Shown in pieces: positions 57,837 through 64,000 of a stretch of 64,000 nucleotides of DNA. How positions within the stretch are numbered: the first letter of the stretch is position 1; each line of letters begins with the position of its first letter. This DNA comes from Candidatus Magasanikiibacteriota bacterium (lineage in GTDB: Bacteria; Patescibacteriota; Patescibacteriia; Magasanikbacterales; UBA922), in contig JBAYJP010000001.1 in the NCBI GenBank assembly GCA_041665025.1, positions 16,207 through 80,206 of the forward strand, given 5' to 3'. The translations under genes were made by a program, and so were the position numbers. The notes below the pieces were generated by a model. It was not told the DNA's origin, searched no databases, and saw nothing but the letters and a program-made list of their open reading frames with translations.

Positions 57837-58343
57837 ATGAAAAAACTACTCCTATTGTTTTCATTACTGGTCTTATTGAGTGGATGTTCTTTGCAAAAGA
57901 CTATAACACAACCATCAGTGAACAACGAGCAACAAGCAACTAGAACAAACAACAACCAACCGTCGAACGCTGATAATCGATCGTCAATTACCTCTAATTA
58001 TGAGTTACCCGTTACGAGTACACAAAAAACCATAGATACTCCAACACAAATAATCATCCCCGAGACACAACTCAAAATCAACAGCATCATCTATCCCCTC
58101 ACCCCAGGCAAAAACGTCTATGATGCGATGGCAGAACTTTCCCAAGTTTCATCACAACCCTTTATATTTTCTACCAAAAATTATCCAGGCATGGGACAAT
58201 TTGTAGAAGAAATAAATGGGATTAAAAATGATTTCAAGCAAAACAAATACTGGATTTATTACATCAACAACAAATCAGCCATCGCGGGCATTTCACAATA
58301 TATTATTCAGCAGGGGGACATAATCGAATGGAAGTATGAATAA
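57837..58343 (+). CDS. Lipoprotein with a DUF4430 (transcobalamin beta-like) domain
   Basis: Lipobox LSGC; FVEEINGI...YWIYYIN...GDIIEWKY. Confidence 0.85.
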   Translation: MKKLLLLFSLLVLLSGCSLQKTITQPSVNNEQQATRTNNNQPSNADNRSSITSNYELPVTSTQKTIDTPTQIIIPETQLKINSIIYPLTPGKNVYDAMAELSQVSSQPFIFSTKNYPGMGQFVEEINGIKNDFKQNKYWIYYINNKSAIAGISQYIIQQGDIIEWKYE

Positions 58344-60045
58344 TAAATGCAAAATGAAAAATGCAAAATGCAAAATTTTCCTTATATTATTAATTACTTT
58401 GGCTGCTATATCTACACCGGTGTATGCCGAAGATGTTACAGAAGAAAATTTAGATGAACAAATTGATGAAACTCCAATAATATTAGAAGAAACACCATCT
58501 ACTCTGCCAGAAGAAGAACAGCCGACTGAAATACCTGAACCAACACTTGATCCGGAACCAAATCTAGAGCCAGAAGTAGAAGAAACGCTAGAACTCACTC
58601 CACCGGTTGAGGAAACTCCTCAAATAATCATGGAGACTATAAGCCAAAGCCAGATACAGAAAGCCGTAGATAAACTTTTAACATATCTAGAATCAGAGCA
58701 ATCCGAAGATGGAAAAATAATGGATGGTACCATTACTGATTGGTCAATACTTTCTTTTGGCGCCAATGAACAATACGCAGATGACATAAAAAATGGCACG
58801 TCCTCTCTTTTGGATTACGAAAAAAAATATAATTTGGATGATCCAAGCGATTTAAATTCATGTGCAACCTATCCGCGCCATATCCTTGCATTACTTGCTG
58901 CAGGTGTAGAGCAGACAGATTTCGCGATTATAGGCCTCAAAGAAAAAATGAATACCGTTTGTTATGCACATGGCATGTATGGATTACATGGGATTAATGA
59001 TGATGTATTTGCTTTACTTGCACTTTCTGCGCTTGATACAAGCCAGTCAGAGCCAATTATACAAGATATTGTCTCTACCACGCTGTCATGGCAAATAGAC
59101 AACGGTGCTTTTTCCTGGCCCGACTGGATGGACCCAAATCAGAAAGTCGCTGGGGATGATATTACTGGTGCGACCATAAATGCATTGACATATGCGAAGT
59201 CAAAAGGAGCTGTAATTTCTGATGACGTATTTTCCCAAGCAAAAAACTATTTGAAGACAACTCAACAAATGGACGGCGGATGGGGCTATGGATCGTCTGA
59301 TATTATGACTACAAGCTGGGTGCTTATGGGTATCAACTCGATGCAAGAAACTCAGCAAGATTGGTTTGTGACGTCTACAGGTAAAAACCCATGGCATCCA
59401 TTAGTAAATAATGTAAAAACAGATGGATTTTATGAATCTGCCTGGACGCCTGGTACGGTAGATTGGTTTGCCATGAAACACGCGGTTCCGGCACTGCTTC
59501 AAAAATCTTGGCCAATCATTTTGACTCCAAAAATAACTGACTTTTCTAAAGACACGACATTTACGTATGGTGGCGGAGGAGGTATTTCTCCAACTCCAAC
59601 TTCAGTGCCTACCACAACTATTGATATAGCTACAACAACCCTGCAAATTCTAGAAATAATCATACCCACCTCTACTCCAACATCAACAGTGAAAATTATA
59701 GAAACTCCGACAAGTACACCAACCACGACAATTGAAATACTGACAGAGCACACTGAAAAAATATCCAAAGAAATTGTGGTCCCCAACATAGAGCCTAAAA
59801 TCAAACCCGCATCAGTTCTTGGAACACGTGTTGTGGAACCAAAGAAGGATGAGCTAGCGCAAATTGACAAGGAAAAAAATACCAATACACCAGTAATTGA
59901 TGAAAATATTTTGGATGAAAAAATCCAGGCTGAAAATACCAGCCAAAGCCCTTTTTCAAACAAAAAAATGATACTTGGAGCTGGCATACCGCTCGGTGGG
60001 CTCTTGGTATATCTTGGTTTGAAATTCTCAAAGATAATGGTATAA
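58336..60045 (+). CDS. Surface protein with a prenyltransferase-like alpha/alpha toroid, Thr/Pro stalk and C-terminal anchor
   Basis: Signal peptide, QxxDG repeats (QSEDG, QIDNGAF, QQMDGGWG), PTSTP stalk, C-terminal TM. Confidence 0.7.
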   Translation: MNNKCKMKNAKCKIFLILLITLAAISTPVYAEDVTEENLDEQIDETPIILEETPSTLPEEEQPTEIPEPTLDPEPNLEPEVEETLELTPPVEETPQIIMETISQSQIQKAVDKLLTYLESEQSEDGKIMDGTITDWSILSFGANEQYADDIKNGTSSLLDYEKKYNLDDPSDLNSCATYPRHILALLAAGVEQTDFAIIGLKEKMNTVCYAHGMYGLHGINDDVFALLALSALDTSQSEPIIQDIVSTTLSWQIDNGAFSWPDWMDPNQKVAGDDITGATINALTYAKSKGAVISDDVFSQAKNYLKTTQQMDGGWGYGSSDIMTTSWVLMGINSMQETQQDWFVTSTGKNPWHPLVNNVKTDGFYESAWTPGTVDWFAMKHAVPALLQKSWPIILTPKITDFSKDTTFTYGGGGGISPTPTSVPTTTIDIATTTLQILEIIIPTSTPTSTVKIIETPTSTPTTTIEILTEHTEKISKEIVVPNIEPKIKPASVLGTRVVEPKKDELAQIDKEKNTNTPVIDENILDEKIQAENTSQSPFSNKKMILGAGIPLGGLLVYLGLKFSKIMV

Positions 60046-60169
60046 TGAAGTTGTAAAGTTCAAAGTTATAACGTTATAAAGTTTTGGAAAACCAATGCCA
60101 ACTCCAAAATTATTAACTTATAGCTCTATAACTTTACAACTTGGAACATTATAACTTTCAACTAAAACT

Positions 60170-60562
60170 ATGCTTAAACATAAAATTTCATCTCTAAGTT
60201 TAATCATTATAGCGGTTAGTTTATTTATCACCGGTTGTGGCAATAGTCTTGTCAAAGGTGACAAAGAATACACCTACACACTCAATGTAAAAAAATCACC
60301 AACAAATGTCACTGCCATGGAATTAACCTCAACCGCAAAGGAGATGTCGCTTGGGTCAGCCATAACTGAATTAAAAAACTCAGGACAGCAGATCGCCTTG
60401 GCTGATGAAACAACCGAATACATGCGCGTGACAGAGATGCTCGGGGTCATCAATACCCAAGGCAAGCAATGGCATGCATATGTGAATAATACTAAAATTG
60501 AAGATACTAATTTGGGAGTTGCTATTAAACCAGACGATAATATTGAATGGAAATATGAGTAA
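60170..60562 (+). CDS. Second DUF4430-like lipoprotein
   Basis: Lipobox ITGC; WHAYVN...DNIEWKYE. Confidence 0.7.
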   Translation: MLKHKISSLSLIIIAVSLFITGCGNSLVKGDKEYTYTLNVKKSPTNVTAMELTSTAKEMSLGSAITELKNSGQQIALADETTEYMRVTEMLGVINTQGKQWHAYVNNTKIEDTNLGVAIKPDDNIEWKYE

Positions 60563-61118
60563 ATCATCACGTATCACATATCACGTAACACATAACAAAC
60601 ATACATTATTTATTTTGATGTTAATTGTTGTTGGAATAAGTGCACGACTTTTGCCACATCCAGCGAATTTTAGCCCCGTGGCAGCTTTAGCGATATTTGG
60701 GTCATTGTACTTGCCACGAAAATGGGCGCTTGTACTGCCTTTGTCTACCATGTTTTTGAGTGATAGTATTATTGGATTTTACTCATGGCAAATCATGGCA
60801 AGTGTATACGCATCTTTTATTGCTACAGGCCTCCTCGCACTCTGGGCACGAAAACACAAGACATTTAGAACAGTCTTAGGTACAACGATTTTTGGATCAA
60901 TTATATTTTTTCTCGCCACAAATGCGGCAGTATGGGCATTTGGAACTATGTACGTACAGAATTTCTCCGGACTTTTACAAAGCTATTACATGGCACTCCC
61001 CTTTTTCCGCAACAGTTTATTAGGCGATTTATTTTTTGTGGGTATGTTGGTTGGTTTGGCTGAATTTATTTTACAAAAATCTAAAACCTACTCACTAACT
61101 AAACTATATGAGCGATAA
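60555..61118 (+). CDS. ECF-type S-component-like membrane protein (putative cobalamin uptake)
   Basis: RLLPHPANFSPVAALA, SD..IGFY, FFLATNAAVW and ALPFFRNSLLGD motifs; downstream of the B12 riboswitch. Confidence 0.75.
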   Translation: MSKSSRITYHVTHNKHTLFILMLIVVGISARLLPHPANFSPVAALAIFGSLYLPRKWALVLPLSTMFLSDSIIGFYSWQIMASVYASFIATGLLALWARKHKTFRTVLGTTIFGSIIFFLATNAAVWAFGTMYVQNFSGLLQSYYMALPFFRNSLLGDLFFVGMLVGLAEFILQKSKTYSLTKLYER

Positions 61119-61305
61119 AATGTATACAGCTGATTCTCTTCCTGCTCACATTATTGATGATATGCAAAGAAGACAAAAAGAAAGATGGGACAGACACCGA
61201 CAACAGCCATCTGTTGATGATGCCCCTCCACCTGGTTACGAACCTGAGGAGGAAAGAAGAGATGGAGGACAACCACGTGGACCAACAGAAATAGACATGA
61301 CCTAA
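61108..61305 (+). CDS. Small hypothetical protein
   Basis: 65-aa ORF overlapping the previous stop, followed by a terminator at 61318-61342. Confidence 0.5.
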   Translation: MSDKMYTADSLPAHIIDDMQRRQKERWDRHRQQPSVDDAPPPGYEPEEERRDGGQPRGPTEIDMT

Positions 61306-61356
61306 AAAATTATAATAAAACCACCCTATCAAGGTGGTTTTTACTATGAACTCAAA

Positions 61357-62781
61357 TTATCCAAACTTCTCAAACTCAATCTCCTCGCCTGTATCAGTCT
61401 TAAACTTCGGCGCTGTATCCACTTCTTCAGTTGGTGCAAAAGTAGGTGCATCATATATAGCTTCCACAGGCAATCCCGCAGGGGGTTCGGCAGATTTGAC
61501 TGCAGCTTTTTGGATCATAGGCGTCTTCACATGAGACATGGGGAAATGCCAAATAGTTGCAAGCTCTTCAATATTCAAGACATATGGATTTGCGCCAATT
61601 TTGATCTTGCGTTTTTTGTATGCTTTCATAAGTACACTCTTTCTTCTGTTTGCTTTCACCACATTGCGGAGCCCTGTATGCACTTTCTTTACAATTGAAT
61701 TTGCGCTTGGAATATTGAACTGATTAATAGCACCAATAAGCGCATTTACACCGCGGGTCGGACTGAACACTTCCTTTCTTCCAATATATATACCACGAAT
61801 TTTTGTTTTAAATCCAATTTTTGCCATTTTTTCTTCCATAAGTTCAACCACTTTTACCTGGCCGGGCGTCATATATCTCAGTTTGTTTGGATCTTTTTTT
61901 ACCTCATGAGCTTCTTCTGCTTCAAAATTACCCCCACTCAGTATCTGAGCATTGACTTCACTCAGACCCTTTTTAAGCTCATTCATAAGTGGGTTATCCA
62001 AAATATGACCCATAATACCCTTTCCGTGTTTTTCTTCTTCTCCTATTAGTTCTTTCACTTGTTTAATTGCCTTTTCTTTCCAATGATTGTTTACCGGTTC
62101 AACAATAATTTGAAGCCACATCTGTTCTCCATGCCCAATGCGCGTGAAACTTTCTAGTAGCGTCCCCATTGGATCTTTCAAGACCGTATCCTTTGAAATA
62201 TTATGCTCAAATTCACGGTATGAACGTATAGGAAATGCATCATTCTCTGCCAAAGCAAAATCCGCTGCCCAGATATCATAATCATCATTCGGAAATGAGT
62301 CTGGCACAGTAGAGACATAATCTTCTATTTCTACTATTTCGGCTTCTGGGTACTGTGCATAAATAGTTGTCTCAATAAGATCACGGAATGCTACCTCTGT
62401 CCACACAATAAATTGTATATACCCGCCAATGCTTACAATCTCAAAACTAAAACAACGCTGTTTGAATCCATCTCTAAATTTCTCACGCAAATCAGGATTA
62501 TTGAGAGACCCTGCCAAATGCGCAAACATTTGTTCAACTGCTTTAGGCGTTTGCACATTGAGTTGGGGAATATCTATCGCAAGCACGACATATTTCCAAT
62601 CATGCATAAATTTATTTTCCCGTAATTTCGCATACAGATTAATCCCTGCGTAAAACAACAGATAAACCAAAACAAGCCACCCGCCAATAGCAAATACTCG
62701 AATAACAATCTCAAACGCTGTTGACTGCTCAAGAAATGCGATAATAAGTGCCACGTCAATTGTGAATGCGCCAAACTGCAT
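61357..62781 (-). CDS. Conserved CPR-type hypothetical membrane protein
   Basis: FSFEIVS, IYAQYPEAEI, PIRSY and LNIEELATIWHFP motifs, resembling a family I associate with CPR ATPase loci (from memory). Confidence 0.65.
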   Translation of the reverse strand: MQFGAFTIDVALIIAFLEQSTAFEIVIRVFAIGGWLVLVYLLFYAGINLYAKLRENKFMHDWKYVVLAIDIPQLNVQTPKAVEQMFAHLAGSLNNPDLREKFRDGFKQRCFSFEIVSIGGYIQFIVWTEVAFRDLIETTIYAQYPEAEIVEIEDYVSTVPDSFPNDDYDIWAADFALAENDAFPIRSYREFEHNISKDTVLKDPMGTLLESFTRIGHGEQMWLQIIVEPVNNHWKEKAIKQVKELIGEEEKHGKGIMGHILDNPLMNELKKGLSEVNAQILSGGNFEAEEAHEVKKDPNKLRYMTPGQVKVVELMEEKMAKIGFKTKIRGIYIGRKEVFSPTRGVNALIGAINQFNIPSANSIVKKVHTGLRNVVKANRRKSVLMKAYKKRKIKIGANPYVLNIEELATIWHFPMSHVKTPMIQKAAVKSAEPPAGLPVEAIYDAPTFAPTEEVDTAPKFKTDTGEEIEFEKFG

Positions 62782-62905
62782 ATATAGTAGTCAATTTGAA
62801 AGACAAAAATTTTTTATAATGTACGAAATACGAAAGCTACGAAATATACAAAACTTCATTAAATTATTTCGAATTTTCGAAGTTTTCGTATTTCGTATAT
62901 GCTCT

Positions 62906-63067
62906 TTAGACATCGACCAATTTGAAAATAATCGGGTACAGCACAAGCACGCCCAAAAATGTCCACCACCAGCCAATAGTTCCTGAAACAAAACCTGCAA
63001 AATAAACAACAGCCAAAATAAGTACCGCAATGACGGTAACTAAATGGCGAATGACGGAATCGCTCAT
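62906..63067 (-). CDS. Small two-TM protein (53 aa, below the ORF-track cutoff)
   Basis: MSDSVIRHLVTVIAVLILAVVYFAGFVSGTIGWWWTFLGVLVLYPIIFKLVDV, read manually. Confidence 0.6.
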   Translation of the reverse strand: MSDSVIRHLVTVIAVLILAVVYFAGFVSGTIGWWWTFLGVLVLYPIIFKLVDV

Positions 63068-63198
63068 AAAATTAGTTCTTAGTTCTTAGTTCACAGCCAA
63101 TAGGTCATATTTTCTATTGGCTAAGAACTATTGGCTATGAACTTAATTATAGCACAAAACAAAAAAGCCCCCAAGGGGGCATATGATGTATAAGAGGA

Positions 63199-64000
63199 TT
63201 AATGGCGAGATGTGATTTTCTGCCATGTAACCAGAAATGGACTCGCCACAAATATAGAAGAATATGCGCCAAGGAAAATACCAATCCACAACGCGAGAGA
63301 AAAATATTTGATTGTCTCCCCACCCAAAAAGAATAGTGTCGCAAGTGGGAAAAGAGTGGTCAATGTCGTATTCAATGAGCGTGCCATAGTTTCGTTAACC
63401 GCGTAATTAACCGTTTCATCAAAATGTTCTGTACTTCTACGGATAAGATTTTCTCTAACACGATCAAATACAACAATAGTATCATTGACTGAATAACCAA
63501 GAATAGTAAGCAACGCAACCACAAACGCTACATCGACTTCTACACCCATAAATTTTCCCAGAAAGGCAAAAACACCGGCGGTAATAGTGACATCATGCAT
63601 AAGAGCAACAACGGCAACCACGCCGTACTTCCACGAAGCAACCGGTTTTGATACTTTCCTAAATGCATAAGCTATAAACAATATGATTGCCACACAGACC
63701 ACAATAATAGCGGTGACTGAACGTTGTTTTAGTTCTGCACTAACCGAAGGACCAATAGTTTCAAATCTTTGTTCAAGAACTTTTTGATCACCTTTTTCAT
63801 AACTCGTACGCAATAGATCAAGTAAATTTTGGTGTTCATCCTCAGTCAAAAAACGAGTTTTGACAATCATGTTGGTGTCTCCCGATGTCTGTACTACTGC
63901 ATTACCAAATGCAGACTCTACAGAACCACGAACTTCAGGAACTGCAGGACGCTCAGTAGTAAAAGAAACTTCCAAAACTGAACCTCCAGTAAAATCCATG
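63199..64000 (-). CDS. secF: Protein translocase subunit SecF (5'-partial)
   Basis: DFTGGS, IGPSVS, GYSVNDTIVVFDRVRE and GAYSSIFVA motifs. Confidence 0.95.
   Translation of the reverse strand, partial: MDFTGGSVLEVSFTTERPAVPEVRGSVESAFGNAVVQTSGDTNMIVKTRFLTEDEHQNLLDLLRTSYEKGDQKVLEQRFETIGPSVSAELKQRSVTAIIVVCVAIILFIAYAFRKVSKPVASWKYGVVAVVALMHDVTITAGVFAFLGKFMGVEVDVAFVVALLTILGYSVNDTIVVFDRVRENLIRRSTEHFDETVNYAVNETMARSLNTTLTTLFPLATLFFLGGETIKYFSLALWIGIFLGAYSSIFVASPFLVTWQKITSRH

Noticed and set aside
57722-57943. 73-aa ORF upstream of the DUF4430 gene
   Set aside because: It overlaps the riboswitch expression platform and the real gene in another frame.
1-64000. Alternative genetic code (UGA=Gly) and diversity-generating retroelement
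   Set aside because: Genes are full length under code 11 and TGA is used as a stop. I saw no reverse transcriptase and no TR/VR pair with adenine-specific mismatches.

Overview
AT-rich, gene-dense bacterial chromosome segment using genetic code 11. Gene content and style (weak SD sites, FemAB/MurF cluster, CPR-type hypotheticals) suggest Patescibacteria/Parcubacteria; the taxonomy is my inference. Core genes: PBP2, greA, lysS-HD fusion, serS, murF, ftsQ, gltX, clpB with a CIRCE operator, an Isc/Nif Fe-S operon, typA, a MacAB-type exporter, an ECF sigma factor, arfB, a Fur/Zur-ZIP pair, folD, dusB and secF. Gene orientation flips at about 13.7 kb, at a palindromic dif-like site (probable replication terminus). 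Highlights: (1) An integron-like locus at 47.2-56.0 kb. A short tyrosine recombinase lacking the IntI-specific insertion sits divergent from about six gene cassettes. The cassettes are separated by AAC...GTT hairpin spacers, and each is bracketed by its own 20-70 bp terminal inverted repeat. (2) A tRNA-Asn(GUU) gene split inside the anticodon by a 558-nt group I intron that carries an HNH ORF. (3) A cobalamin riboswitch heading a transcobalamin-like/ECF B12 capture operon. (4) A small dispersed MITE-like repeat, plus many 7-nt tandem repeats, several of them in frame inside genes. All calls were made by eye; no searches were run.
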